Source: Capsulimonadaceae bacterium
Lineage (GTDB): Bacteria; Armatimonadota; Armatimonadia; Armatimonadales; Capsulimonadaceae
DNA: 64,000 nucleotides
Direction: 5' to 3'
Assembly (NCBI GenBank): GCA_965215505.1
Contig: OZ244065.1
Span: 1,664,001-1,728,000, forward strand
Shown here piece after piece: positions 1 to 9,849 of the stretch. Both the position numbers and the translations under genes were made by a program. Below the pieces are notes generated by a model. It was not told where the DNA came from, did not search any database, and saw only the letters and a list, made by a program, of their open reading frames with translations. Within the stretch, counting starts at the first letter, position 1, and each line of letters begins with the position of its first letter.

Positions 1-165
1 GGCGTCCGTGCCGGGCGACAGGACAACAAGTATGTCCTTGCCGTTGACGGTCCAGGGGGACTGGGCATTCACAGGAGGTGCTATGAGCCACAGCAGTAGC
101 AGAGATGCGAGTGCTATTGCTAGCACGAGTGAGCGAACGCAGAGCGGTTGTCGGATCGTCTTCAT
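1..165 (-). CDS. Secreted protein, N-terminal part (runs off the window edge)
   Basis: Hand translation MKTIRQPLCVRSLVLAIALASLLLWLIAPPVNAQSPW... looks like a signal peptide; GAGGAG RBS upstream. Not in the ORF track. Confidence 0.6.
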   Translation of the reverse strand, partial: MKTIRQPLCVRSLVLAIALASLLLLWLIAPPVNAQSPWTVNGKDILVVLSPGTDA

Positions 166-336
166 TGTCGAGTCTCCTCGTAAAGAACTTACCGGATAGT
201 TGTCAGCATCCTGCTGGCCTAGGAAGCACCTTCCCCATTGTGGTCTTTCACTTAGTAGGCGATGTCTCGGCTTCGCGTACTCCTCCTTCTGGCTAAGTAG
301 TTTGCAATGATAGCGAAAAGATGTGCATACGCTTGG

Positions 337-1392
337 CTAGGCGGTGTCGCCCACGACCAGCTCCACCGGCAGAGCCGTCTCGGCGGGGAGCGTTTCGCCC
401 TCGATCCGGCGCACCAGCAGTTCCACCGCCGTGCGGGCGACCTGCATCCAGGGCGAGCGGACCGTCGTCAAGCGCGGGCCGAACGTGGGCGGCGGGGTGA
501 CCCCGTCGAAGCCGGTCACCGCCAGGTCTTCGGGGACGCGCAGCCCGAGGCTCCGGCAGTGCCCCAGCAGGTCGTCCGCCGCCGCGTCGTTCCAGCAGAC
601 GGCGGCGGTGGGGCGCTGGTCGCGCGGCGTCTCCGTCCACAGCATCTCCGGCGGCGTCAAGTGGTCCAAAGTGTTCAGGGCGACGCTCTCGACCGCCTCC
701 AGACCTAGAGCGTATACGGTTTCACGGAACGAGAGCAGCCGGCGGAGAGCGGAGACGCGCGGGTAGTTACAGTCGCGGTAGAAGAGCGAGCGGTGGCCCT
801 TCCCGGCCAGGAACCCGACGATCTGACGCATCCCGGAGGCATCGTCGGCGACCACGGAGGGCACTCCGGGGACGGCGTCCACGATGGCGACGGCGGGCAG
901 GGCGGAGGCGGTCAGGAGCGGGACCAGCGGGTCGTCGCTGTTGGTCAGCAGGACCAGCCCGTCCACCCGCCCGTCGGCAAGCTCCGACAGTATCCGCTCC
1001 GGCGAGTGCCCGTGGAACGCCCCGTGCAGGAGCAGATCCTTCTGGTGGGTGTCGCACCCCTCCTGCAATCCGCCCAGCAGCTCGGTCAGGAAGTAGCTGC
1101 GCCCGTTCAGATAGCCGTACCGCGTGTAGACGCCGAGGATGTCGGTCCGCCGGCGGCGCAGGTTCCGTGCGGCGATGTTGGGCCGGTAGTCCACCTGTTT
1201 CACCACATCCAGCACCCGCTGCCGGGTCGCCTCCGACACGCGCACGGTCTTGGAGTTCCCACTGAGGACGGCGGAAACCGTCATTTTGCTGACGCCGGCC
1301 CGCTCGGCGATGTCCTTGATTGTCGGCCGATATTGTTTCTCTACTGCCCGCCCCTTTTCCGATTTACCGTTAAACCTAGTACATCGTAACAC
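337..1392 (-). CDS. LacI-family transcriptional regulator (true start uncertain)
   Basis: N-terminal HTH PTIKDIAERAGVSKMTVSAVL, YRPNIAARNL hinge, C-terminal VPEDLAVTGFDG and LTTVR. Confidence 0.93.
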   Translation of the reverse strand: MLRCTRFNGKSEKGRAVEKQYRPTIKDIAERAGVSKMTVSAVLSGNSKTVRVSEATRQRVLDVVKQVDYRPNIAARNLRRRRTDILGVYTRYGYLNGRSYFLTELLGGLQEGCDTHQKDLLLHGAFHGHSPERILSELADGRVDGLVLLTNSDDPLVPLLTASALPAVAIVDAVPGVPSVVADDASGMRQIVGFLAGKGHRSLFYRDCNYPRVSALRRLLSFRETVYALGLEAVESVALNTLDHLTPPEMLWTETPRDQRPTAAVCWNDAAADDLLGHCRSLGLRVPEDLAVTGFDGVTPPPTFGPRLTTVRSPWMQVARTAVELLVRRIEGETLPAETALPVELVVGDTA

Positions 1393-1444
1393 AGCACTTC
1401 AAATATGTCAAGTGTAATCAAAAATATATTTTATTCGGTAAATC
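1361..1444 (-). promoter_or_regulatory. Promoter of the LacI gene with two LacI-type operator-like sites
   Basis: Minus strand TTGACA (1411-1406), 17 nt, TACGAT (1388-1383); near-palindrome TTTACCGTTAAA at 1363-1374; GATTTACCG repeated inverted at 1436-1444. Confidence 0.6.
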
Positions 1445-1527
1445 ACGCACAAGGGCTGCGGCGGGGCGGAGTGCAAGCCGGGGTATAATCTAAAATCATT
1501 CCCGGACGCTCGTAACGGAGGCGGCAC

Positions 1528-2482
1528 TTGAACCCAAACGGACACACGGGCCGGTGGCGGCACTTGCCTGTGTTGGTGGGTGTCCTCGGCACATCGGCCC
1601 TGACGCCTTGGCTGCCGGCGCACGCGGCTAGTTCACCGGCAAGACTACAGGCGAAAATGGCGGACATCGTGCGCGTCACGGGCGGTCCGGTGGGAGCCGC
1701 CGTAGTGGTCGTGGAAGGGGGCCACGTCGTCGCCCTGCACGGCGAGCAGAGGTTTCCCATGCAGAGCGTCTACAAACTGCCCATCGCCATGGCCGTGCTG
1801 CATCAGGTTGATCTGGGGAGACTGCGGCTGGGCCAAAGGGTGAAGATCGGGCGGGGCGATCTGGTCCCGCCCTCGCGGGGCAGTGCGATTCGGGACAAGT
1901 ACCCAAACGGTACGAAAATGACGGTTTCGGAACTGCTGGGTGCGATGCTGGAAGTCAGCGACGGCACAGCCTCGGACGTCCTCCTGGAGATAGTCGGCGG
2001 CCCGGAGCGGGTGACGGCGTATGTGCGCGGCCTGGGGGTGAGGGGCGTTGCCGTCGCGACGACGGAGGGGGCAATGGCGGGGGGCGAGCAGATACAATAC
2101 CGGGACTGGGGGACGCCGGGCGCGCTGGCGGGCCTGCTGTGCGCCCTGCAAAAGGGGGAAGGGTTTGTCGGGGTCCAGCCGCCGTTTGCTGCTGGGCCTG
2201 ATGGCCGCAAGCAGGACAGGGCCGGACCGGATCAAAGGGCTGCTCCCGGTGGGGACCATCGTCGCGCATAAGACCGGGTCGAGCGGGACCGTGAACGGCC
2301 TAACGCGGGCGACGAATGACGCGGGGTTGATAACGCTCCCGGACGGCAAGCACCTCGCAATAGTCGTGTTCGTGTCGGACACGCGGGCGGATGAGGAGAT
2401 ACGAGACGCGGTGATCGCGAAGATCGCGCGGGCAGCCTGGGACGACCGGGCGGGGCTGGAAGGCCGCCGTAAAGACCATTAA
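1528..2482 (+). pseudogene. Class A serine beta-lactamase, split by a frameshift near 2154-2158
   Basis: FPMQSVYK (SxxK), SDG and TTE in ORF 1528..2271; HKTG and TNDAGLITLPDGKH in the +1 frame ORF ending at 2482. Confidence 0.85.
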
Positions 2483-2509
2483 AAACAACCGCCGATCAAT
2501 CGCGCTTCA

Positions 2510-3565
2510 TCACCGCTCGCGCGTCAGCGCATAGTCGGCCAGCGCGTGCAGTGCCTCACGGTAGGGGGAGGCGGGGATGGCCTGGAGCGCGCCTTGGGCG
2601 AGCGCGACGTAGCGGCGGGCGGCATCCGCCGTGCGGGCGTAGCCGTCGTGGCGGGCGATGGCATCACGGACGTTCGCGATCTCCGCATCCGTCAGCGCCT
2701 CCGGCTCCTGCAAGATGTGCAGCAGGTCGCGGCGCTCGGCCTCACCCACGTCGAGCAGGGTCAGGATGAGCGGCAGGGTCATCTTGCCTTCCCGCAGGTC
2801 GCCGCACAACGGCTTACCGGTCTTGACCGGGTCGCCGGTGTAGTCCAGGAGGTCATCGGCGATCTGGAAGGCCAGACCGCAGTTCAGGCCGTAACTCGTC
2901 AGTGCGGCCAGCGCCTCGGGGGTGGCCCCGGCCAGCATGCCTCCGACCTCGCAGCAGCCGGCGATGAAGCCTGCCGTCTTCTTGTGGATGATCGTCAGGT
3001 AGGTTTCTTCCGAGGTGTCCACGTCGCCTTTGGCCGTGATCTGCAAGACCTCGCCTTCGCTCAGGCCGACGGTGACTTTGGAGAAGACACAGATGACGTC
3101 AATGTTGCCCTCACGGGCGGCGAGGTTGATGCTCTTGGCGAGCAGATAGTCGCCGACCAGGACGCTGATCTGGTTGCCGAACGCGGCGTTGGCCGTGGGC
3201 CGTCCCCGCCTCTCGGCGGCCCCGTCCACCACGTCATCGTGAATCAGGGAGGCCATGTGGATCAGCTCGGCGGCGGCGGCGGAGGCGTAGATGGTCCGGG
3301 CCGGGAACTGCCCGGCGGCGGCGCGGGCCGCCAATGTCACGAGAGCGGGGCGCAGGCGCTTCCCGCCCGCCGAGAGCGTGTGGCCGGAGATGGCATAGGC
3401 CGCCCGGACATCCGAGCGGATCTCGTCGCCGAGCAGCGCCTCCACGGCCGTCAGGTCGTCCTGAACGCAGTCCAGGAAGTTGACCCGCCCGGCGGGGGCC
3501 GGGGCGGGAGAAACGGTCGCCTCAGAAAGAACGGTCGCGGTGGCTCCCATGCTGTTTATTCCCAT
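2510..3565 (-). CDS. Polyprenyl diphosphate synthase
   Basis: GGKRLRP, LIHDDVVD...RRG, FQIADDLLD motifs. Confidence 0.95.
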   Translation of the reverse strand: MGINSMGATATVLSEATVSPAPAPAGRVNFLDCVQDDLTAVEALLGDEIRSDVRAAYAISGHTLSAGGKRLRPALVTLAARAAAGQFPARTIYASAAAAELIHMASLIHDDVVDGAAERRGRPTANAAFGNQISVLVGDYLLAKSINLAAREGNIDVICVFSKVTVGLSEGEVLQITAKGDVDTSEETYLTIIHKKTAGFIAGCCEVGGMLAGATPEALAALTSYGLNCGLAFQIADDLLDYTGDPVKTGKPLCGDLREGKMTLPLILTLLDVGEAERRDLLHILQEPEALTDAEIANVRDAIARHDGYARTADAARRYVALAQGALQAIPASPYREALHALADYALTRER

Positions 3566-3595
3566 CTAGTAATCGGCAAGAGGCTTACGAGAATC

Positions 3596-4354
3596 TTACG
3601 AAAGAGGCTTGACGCCAACATGGACGCAGACAAGCCCGAAGGTGAGGTCCACCCAGCGCACCTCGGCCAGCCCCGCGCGACGCATCCGGTCGGCGAGCTG
3701 ACGCCGGGTGTCGAAGAGCGCCACCGAGGCGGGCAGGTAGGCGTAGGCGTCGGGCCGCCCGCTGACCTTGCCGCCGACGGCGGGCATGACATAGCGCGAG
3801 TGCAGCTCATAGGCCGTGCGGAACGGGCCGGGCGGCGGCTGCGAAAACTCCAAGCAGACCACGCGCCCGCCGGGCCTGACGACGCGGGCCATCTCGGCAA
3901 AGCCCTTGTCCCGGTCCGCGACGTTGCGGATGCCAAAGGCGACCGTAGCCGCGTCAAAGCTGTCGTCGGCGAACGGCAGTCGGGCCGCGTCCCCCTGAAC
4001 CTCCCCCACCCCGTTTTTGGCGAACCGCTCGGCCCCGTTTTGCAGCATCGGCAGCGAGAAGTCCGCCGCCGCCACCAGCCCGGCCGGCCCCACCGCCTGA
4101 CGCAGACGGACCGCCCAGTCGCCCGTCCCGGAGCAGACGTCCAGCACACTGCCGCCGGCGTTCAGGGCGGCGCAACGGGTCGCGAAGACGCGCCAGCCGT
4201 GGTGGATTCCCGCCGACAGGAGCGAGTTCAGCAGGTCATAGCGCGGCGCGATGTCGTCGAACATCGCGCGCACATAGCGCGCCTTCTCTTCGTCCGTCAC
4301 GGGCCGGTCAAGGACGAGAATGCCGCTCGGCGGCTTGGTGGCTGGGACAGACAT
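3596..4354 (-). CDS. menG: UbiE/MenG quinone C-methyltransferase
   Basis: MFDDIAPRYDLLN, VLDVCSGTGD, FGIRNV, LEFS. Confidence 0.9.
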   Translation of the reverse strand: MSVPATKPPSGILVLDRPVTDEEKARYVRAMFDDIAPRYDLLNSLLSAGIHHGWRVFATRCAALNAGGSVLDVCSGTGDWAVRLRQAVGPAGLVAAADFSLPMLQNGAERFAKNGVGEVQGDAARLPFADDSFDAATVAFGIRNVADRDKGFAEMARVVRPGGRVVCLEFSQPPPGPFRTAYELHSRYVMPAVGGKVSGRPDAYAYLPASVALFDTRRQLADRMRRAGLAEVRWVDLTFGLVCVHVGVKPLS

Positions 4355-4504
4355 TGTGAAAAAATCCGCAAACTTTGGTAGGATTATACCCACCAAGCGG
4401 CTAAGTGTCAACGCGGCGACGGAAAATCGCTGAAACCTAGTAAGCGTAACGGAGTCTGATAGGATGAAGACGAGGCGACGAGGATCAAGACGAGGATCAA
4501 CACG

Positions 4505-5041
4505 ATGAACATAACCATGCACGCCACGACCATCGTCGGCGTCAAGAGGGACGGCAAGGTCGCCATTGCGGGCGACGGGCAGGTGACTCTGGACAAGACC
4601 GTGATGAAGAACACGGCGAAGAAGATACGGAGGCTGTACCAGGGCAAGGTGCTGGCCGGTTTCGCGGGCAGCGCCGCCGATGCCATGGCGCTTGCGGACC
4701 GTTTCGAGGCCAAGCTGGAGGCGGCCAACGGCAACTTGCAGCGGGCGGTGATCGACTTCGCCAAAGAATGGCGCTCGGACCGCGTCCTGCGCCGCTTCGA
4801 GGCGCTGATGATCGTCGCCAACCCCGAGTACCTGCTGGTCGTCTCGGGCGACGGCAATGTACTGGAAACCGACGACGGCATCGCGGCCATCGGCAGCGGC
4901 GGCCCCTACGCGCAGGCGGCGGCGAAGGCTCTGGTGGAGAACACGGACCTGTCGGCGCGGGAGATCGCCGAGAAGGCGCTACGCGTCGCCGCCGACATCT
5001 GCATTTACACCAATTCCAACATCACAGTGGACGAACTATGA
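4505..5041 (+). CDS. hslV: ATP-dependent protease subunit HslV
   Basis: TTIVGV...[28 protein letters not shown]. Confidence 0.97.
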   Translation: MNITMHATTIVGVKRDGKVAIAGDGQVTLDKTVMKNTAKKIRRLYQGKVLAGFAGSAADAMALADRFEAKLEAANGNLQRAVIDFAKEWRSDRVLRRFEALMIVANPEYLLVVSGDGNVLETDDGIAAIGSGGPYAQAAAKALVENTDLSAREIAEKALRVAADICIYTNSNITVDEL

Positions 5042-5844
5042 AAGCCATTCTCACCCACACAGCCTGTCTCCTGCTCGGGCTGGCACCGCTGGCGGCGCGC
5101 GCCCAGAACATGCCCGCCGTCCCGCTGGCGCAGGCGCGGGCCTTCGCGCTCGGCTACACGCTGCGCGCCTGCGACCTGCGCGCGATCGCGTTCACAAGCT
5201 CCGTCAAGGGCCTCAAAACCATAGACGACGACCAAACGGCGGGTGAGGTCGCCCGGCTGGAACGGGAGGCCACCGCCCTGCGGCACACGCAGGCGGTCTC
5301 CTATGGGCAGATCAACGGCCTCCTGACGAAGATGAGCGCACCCGCCCCGCTGCGCGCCTGGGCGTCCAAGGCGGCCACCGGCCTCGCGGGGCCGCCGGTC
5401 TATGGGGCGGAGGAGCAGGCGCTGGCGAAGAGCGACCCGAACACGGCGGCCGTGCTGGCCGCCCTTGACGAAGTCTCCGCGCTGAAGACGGAGTCCGACG
5501 CCGAGCTGCCCCTCCTGGCTGCCTGGCTCGGCACCGGCGGCGGCCCTCTTTCGGTCTGGACCGCAGAGGTCGGCACCTACACCGCCGACCTGCGCGCGGC
5601 GGCCACGACGCCCGCCCAGGCCGTCCCGCCCCTGCGTGCCGCCCGCCGCCTGCTCCAGACCGCGCCGCCGGGGGCACCATCCCTGACGCGCGCGTACTTG
5701 GCGGCGATGGCCCCGCGCGGCGGCAACCTGGGCGACCTGGCGACGGTCACTCCTCAGCCCATCTCGCCCGAAAAGATGGCCGGCGTTGCCGAGGGCCTGC
5801 TGGCGGTCTACGTCCCGCGCCCATCATCCAGCACGGCCAAGTGA
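5038..5844 (+). CDS. Hypothetical secreted protein between hslV and hslU
   Basis: ATGA overlap with the hslV stop; signal-peptide-like [22 protein letters not shown]. Confidence 0.7.
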   Translation: MKAILTHTACLLLGLAPLAARAQNMPAVPLAQARAFALGYTLRACDLRAIAFTSSVKGLKTIDDDQTAGEVARLEREATALRHTQAVSYGQINGLLTKMSAPAPLRAWASKAATGLAGPPVYGAEEQALAKSDPNTAAVLAALDEVSALKTESDAELPLLAAWLGTGGGPLSVWTAEVGTYTADLRAAATTPAQAVPPLRAARRLLQTAPPGAPSLTRAYLAAMAPRGGNLGDLATVTPQPISPEKMAGVAEGLLAVYVPRPSSSTAK

Positions 5845-5894
5845 GCTGGGTGCGGTTAAATGGGCCGGACGGAGGATAGGGGTATACTAGCCGC

Positions 5895-7382
5895 ATGGAA
5901 GACATGATGGAAGACATGACGCCGCGCGAGATCGTGGCCGAGCTGGACAAGTATATCGTCGGGCAGCAGGCCGCCAAGCGCGCCGTCGCCATCGCGCTCC
6001 GCAACCGCTACCGGCGTCGGCGTCTGGCAGACGACCTGCGCGACGAGGTCATCCCCAAGAACATCCTGATGATCGGACCGACCGGGGTGGGCAAAACGGA
6101 GATCGCCCGCCGACTCGCGACCCTGGCCCGCGCGCCGTTCGTCAAAGTGGAGGCGACCAAGTTCACCGAGGTCGGCTACGTCGGGCGGGACGTGGATTCG
6201 ATGGTGCGCGACTTGGTCCAGGCCGCGCTCCGAATCGTCGAGGGCGAGAAGATGGCCGAGGTGCGCGAGAAGGCCGAGGAGCAGGCGGTAGACCGCATCG
6301 TGGACCTGTTGCAGCCGCGCCGCGAAGTCAAGACGGCGCGGATACGGCTCCCTAAGCCCGGCAGCGGCGAGAACCCCCTGGAGGCGCTGTCGCAGTTCTT
6401 CGGGCAGAGCGCCCCCCCGGCCGCCGCGCCGGAGAAGGAAGCGGCGGAAGAGGAGACGGACGAATACGCCCAGCGGCGGCGGGAGCAGGAAGGCCGCGTC
6501 CGCGAGCGCCTGCGGGCGCAGATCGCCTCGGGCGTCAAGGACGGCGACCCGCTGGAGATCGAGGTGGAGGAGAGCGGCCCGACGCCGTTTATGCAGGTGA
6601 TGTCGCCGCAGGGCGGCATGGAAGAGATGGGCATGGACATGCAGGGGCTGTTCGGCTCCATGATGCCCAAGAAGCGCAAGAAGCGGACGCTGACGATCAA
6701 AGAGGCGCGTGAACACTTCGCGGGCGAAGAGGTGCGGGCCTTGATCGACCAGGACGCCCTGACGCGCGAGGCGGTGACGCGGGCGGAACAGAGCGGCATC
6801 ATCTTCGTGGACGAGATGGACAAGATCGCCGGGCGCGGCGCGGGCGGCGGGTCCGGGCCGGACGTCTCGCGCGAGGGGGTGCAGCGGGACATCCTGCCGA
6901 TCATCGAGGGCAGCACGGTCCAGACCAAGTACGGACCGGTCAAGACCGACTTCGTGCTGTTTATCGCGGCGGGCGCGTTCCACCTGTCCAAGCCCTCCGA
7001 TCTGATCCCCGAGCTTCAGGGCCGCCTGCCGATCCGGGTGGAGTTGGAGAGTCTGACCCAGGACGACTTCAAGCGCATCCTGACCGAGCCGCGCAACGCC
7101 CTGATCAAGCAGTACGTCGCCCTGCTCGCCACCGAGGGCGTCACGGTCGAGTTCACCGACGACTCCATCGCCGAACTCGCCCGCGTCGCCGCCGACGTCA
7201 ACGCGCAGATGGAGAACATCGGCGCGCGCCGCCTGCACACGATCATGGAGCGGCTGCTGGACGACCTCTCGTTCGACGCGCCCGACCTGGAAGACAAGAC
7301 CCGGAAGATTGATGCCGCCTATGTGCGCGAGAAGCTGGACGACATCGTCAAGGACGAAGACCTGAGCCGGTATATCCTTTAA
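5895..7382 (+). CDS. hslU: ATP-dependent protease ATPase subunit HslU
   Basis: [48 protein letters not shown]-terminus. Confidence 0.97.
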   Translation: MEDMMEDMTPREIVAELDKYIVGQQAAKRAVAIALRNRYRRRRLADDLRDEVIPKNILMIGPTGVGKTEIARRLATLARAPFVKVEATKFTEVGYVGRDVDSMVRDLVQAALRIVEGEKMAEVREKAEEQAVDRIVDLLQPRREVKTARIRLPKPGSGENPLEALSQFFGQSAPPAAAPEKEAAEEETDEYAQRRREQEGRVRERLRAQIASGVKDGDPLEIEVEESGPTPFMQVMSPQGGMEEMGMDMQGLFGSMMPKKRKKRTLTIKEAREHFAGEEVRALIDQDALTREAVTRAEQSGIIFVDEMDKIAGRGAGGGSGPDVSREGVQRDILPIIEGSTVQTKYGPVKTDFVLFIAAGAFHLSKPSDLIPELQGRLPIRVELESLTQDDFKRILTEPRNALIKQYVALLATEGVTVEFTDDSIAELARVAADVNAQMENIGARRLHTIMERLLDDLSFDAPDLEDKTRKIDAAYVREKLDDIVKDEDLSRYIL

Positions 7383-7423
7383 GGGCGGCGGATTGTGCCG
7401 GTAAGGGCGGCGGATTGTGCCGG
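7380..7423. repeat. 22-bp tandem duplication at the hslU stop
   Basis: TAAGGGCGGCGGATTGTGCCGG x2. Confidence 0.9.
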
Positions 7424-7489
7424 CTGCCGGACCCGCCCTGGTGGCAGTTGGTATGGGACGAAGCATCAACAATCGGGTATCATATACCC

Positions 7490-8176
7490 ATGATAACGGT
7501 GCGGATGCTGTTTTTTGCCCATTTGCAAGACGTAGCGGGGACACGCGAGTTCTCCCTGTCACTGCCGGACGATGCGACGGTGCAGGCGGCGGCGGCGGCA
7601 CTCGAGGGGCATTCAGCGGGCTTCCAAGACCTGCTCCGTCATGCCCGCGTGGCAGTCAACGCCGAGTTCGCCGATGCCGACACGCTACTACATGAAAACG
7701 ATGAAGTCGCCTGGATGCCGCCGATGAGCGGAGGGGCAGGCCCGCCGCTGCTGACGCACGGCACGGTTGACATGGACGGCCTGAGCCGGGCGGTGGAAGC
7801 CTCAGGCTACGGAGCGGTGGTGACGTTCGCGGGCAACGTCCGGGACAACGCGCGCGGCCTGCAAGTGCTTTATCTGGAGTATGAAGGCTACGAGCTGCTG
7901 GCCGAGAAACACCTGGCCCGGCTCGTCGCCCAGGCCGAAGGGCGCTGGGGCGTGAAGTGCGCCGTGCAGCACCGGCTGGGGCGGCTGGAGATCGGCGAGT
8001 GCAGCGTCGGCGTGGCCGTCGCCTCCCCGCACCGGGCGGAGGCGTTCGAGGCCTGCCGCTGGCTGATGGACACCCTGAAAGAGACCGTCCCGATCTGGAA
8101 GCGCGAGTTCTTTGCGGGCGGCGCACACTGGGTGGAAGGGCCGAAGACCGTCGCGAGTGAAACGCCGCAAGGCTGA
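7490..8176 (+). CDS. Fused molybdopterin synthase MoaD-MoaE
   Basis: MoaD-like N-domain ending PPMSGG, then MoaE motifs GAVVTFAGNVR, HRLG, SPHRAEAF, LKETVPIWKRE. Confidence 0.92.
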   Translation: MITVRMLFFAHLQDVAGTREFSLSLPDDATVQAAAAALEGHSAGFQDLLRHARVAVNAEFADADTLLHENDEVAWMPPMSGGAGPPLLTHGTVDMDGLSRAVEASGYGAVVTFAGNVRDNARGLQVLYLEYEGYELLAEKHLARLVAQAEGRWGVKCAVQHRLGRLEIGECSVGVAVASPHRAEAFEACRWLMDTLKETVPIWKREFFAGGAHWVEGPKTVASETPQG

Positions 8177-8193
8177 ATTAGAAACCACGTCTC

Positions 8194-8736
8194 ATGATCG
8201 AAATGCCGCAGATAGTTGAAACGCCGCGCCCCCCCGCCGTCATCCTCCGCCCGATGCGCCTCGAAGACATTGAGCACGTCTCCCGCCTAGAGCGCCGCTG
8301 CTATACCCTGCCGTGGAGTTCCAGCGCCTACGTCACCGAGGTCGGCAACCCCTCCGCCTACTACACCGTCGCCACCGAGCAGGATAACACCATACTCGGC
8401 TATGCGGGCATGTGGGTCATCATGGACGAGCTGCACATCACGACCATCGCCGTGGACCCGGTCCAGCGCGGGCGCAAGATCGGCGAGCGCCTGCTGCTGG
8501 ACTTGATCGAGGAGGGCACGGCGCGCGGCGCGGAGCGGGCGACACTGGAGGTGCGCGAGCGGAACACGGTCGCCCACAACCTGTACCTCAAGTACGGCTT
8601 TGAAGACGTGGCCGTCCGCAAGAGCTACTACAGCGACAACGGCGAGAACGCCTTGATCATGTGGGCCAACGACCTGATTCTCCCGGCCTATCAGTCCATG
8701 CTGCGCGACTACAAGGCGCGGCTGGCGGAGGGTTGA
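8194..8736 (+). CDS. rimI: Ribosomal-protein-alanine N-acetyltransferase
   Basis: GYAGMWVIMDELHITTIAV, TLEVRERNTVAHNLYLKYGF, RKSYYSDNGENALIM. Confidence 0.9.
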   Translation: MIEMPQIVETPRPPAVILRPMRLEDIEHVSRLERRCYTLPWSSSAYVTEVGNPSAYYTVATEQDNTILGYAGMWVIMDELHITTIAVDPVQRGRKIGERLLLDLIEEGTARGAERATLEVRERNTVAHNLYLKYGFEDVAVRKSYYSDNGENALIMWANDLILPAYQSMLRDYKARLAEG

Positions 8737-9446
8737 TGCGCGTCCTCCACCAGTCCTTCTCCGGCCCCGAGACCTGCCACTATCTGCCCGACCGGGACGC
8801 GACCCAGGAGTACGTTCAGGTCGGGCAGTTGTCGCCGGAAGAGTACGAAGCACTGATGGACCGGGGCTGGCGCAAGTTCGGCCCGATGCTCTTCCGCCCC
8901 GTCTGCGCGGGCTGCCGGGAGTGCCGCCCCCTCCGAATCCCCGCCGAACTGTTTACACCTGACCGAAGCCAGCGGCGGGCGCTGGCGCGCAATGCCGACC
9001 TCGTGGTCCGCTACGCACAGCCGACCGTGGACGAGGCCCGGCTGGACCTCTACCGCCGCTACCACACCTCCCAGGCGGCCTACAAGGGCTGGCCGGACGG
9101 GGAGCGGTCGGAAAAAGGCTACGTCTTCCAGTTCGTCCATAACCCCCTCCCTGCCGTCGAGATCAGCATTTGGGAAGGTGACACGCTGCGGGCGGTTGCC
9201 TTGACGGACGTGACGCCGAACGTCGTTTCGGGCGTGTACCACTTCCACGAGCCGGACTGCCGGCAGCGCGGGCTGGGGACGTTCGCCATGCTGCACACCA
9301 TCGAGCTTGCCAGGCGGCTCGGCCGGCGCTGGGCCTACTTCGGCTACTACGTTGCCGAGTGTCCGAGCATGAGCTACAAGACCAACTTCCGGCCCTGCGA
9401 GATATTGGGGACGGACGGCGTCTGGCGCGAGCCGACGAAGGATTGA
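8736..9446 (+). CDS. Ate1/Bpt-family aminoacyl-tRNA-protein transferase
   Basis: CHYLPDR, GWRKFG..FRPVC..CRECRPLR, SQRRAL, LGTFAML, YFGYYVAECPSMSYK. Confidence 0.88.
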   Translation: MRVLHQSFSGPETCHYLPDRDATQEYVQVGQLSPEEYEALMDRGWRKFGPMLFRPVCAGCRECRPLRIPAELFTPDRSQRRALARNADLVVRYAQPTVDEARLDLYRRYHTSQAAYKGWPDGERSEKGYVFQFVHNPLPAVEISIWEGDTLRAVALTDVTPNVVSGVYHFHEPDCRQRGLGTFAMLHTIELARRLGRRWAYFGYYVAECPSMSYKTNFRPCEILGTDGVWREPTKD

Positions 9447-9529
9447 ACCGCGTCCAAGAACAGGGTACAATAGGAGCAGAACTCTCAGAGAGTATAGGAA
9501 CTCCGACCATGCCGCAAGGAATTGACCTC

Positions 9530-9838
9530 ATGCCTGCCGTTCTTCCCGACGAGCGCACCCTGGAAGCCCCCGACGAGCGCGAGCAGCGGACGCCGCCCGG
9601 CTCCGACGGGCCGTACATGGTGATCCTCTACAACTGCGACTGTCACACCTTTGAGCAGGTGGAGAAGCAGCTCCAGAAGGCCATCGGCTGCACCTTAGAA
9701 AAGGCGGAAGCCTTCGCGATCGAGGTGGACTCGACGGGCCGCGCCGTGGTTTTCTCCGGGTCGGAAGAGGAGTGCGAGAAGGTCGCCAACATCCTGCGCC
9801 AGATCCGCCTGCAAGTGGAGACCGACAAGTCCGCTTGA
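9530..9838 (+). CDS. clpS: ClpS-like adaptor protein (alternative start 9509)
   Basis: YMVILYNCDCHTFEQV...EVDSTGRAVVFSGSEEECE matches the ClpS pattern. Confidence 0.8.
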   Translation: MPAVLPDERTLEAPDEREQRTPPGSDGPYMVILYNCDCHTFEQVEKQLQKAIGCTLEKAEAFAIEVDSTGRAVVFSGSEEECEKVANILRQIRLQVETDKSA

Positions 9839-9849
9839 TCGCGCACGGC

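Noticed and set aside
240-320. c-di-GMP-I riboswitch-like words (GCAAAC...ACGCGAAGCC) on the minus strand
   Set aside because: I could not build the GNRA tetraloop/receptor stems; a cmsearch would be needed
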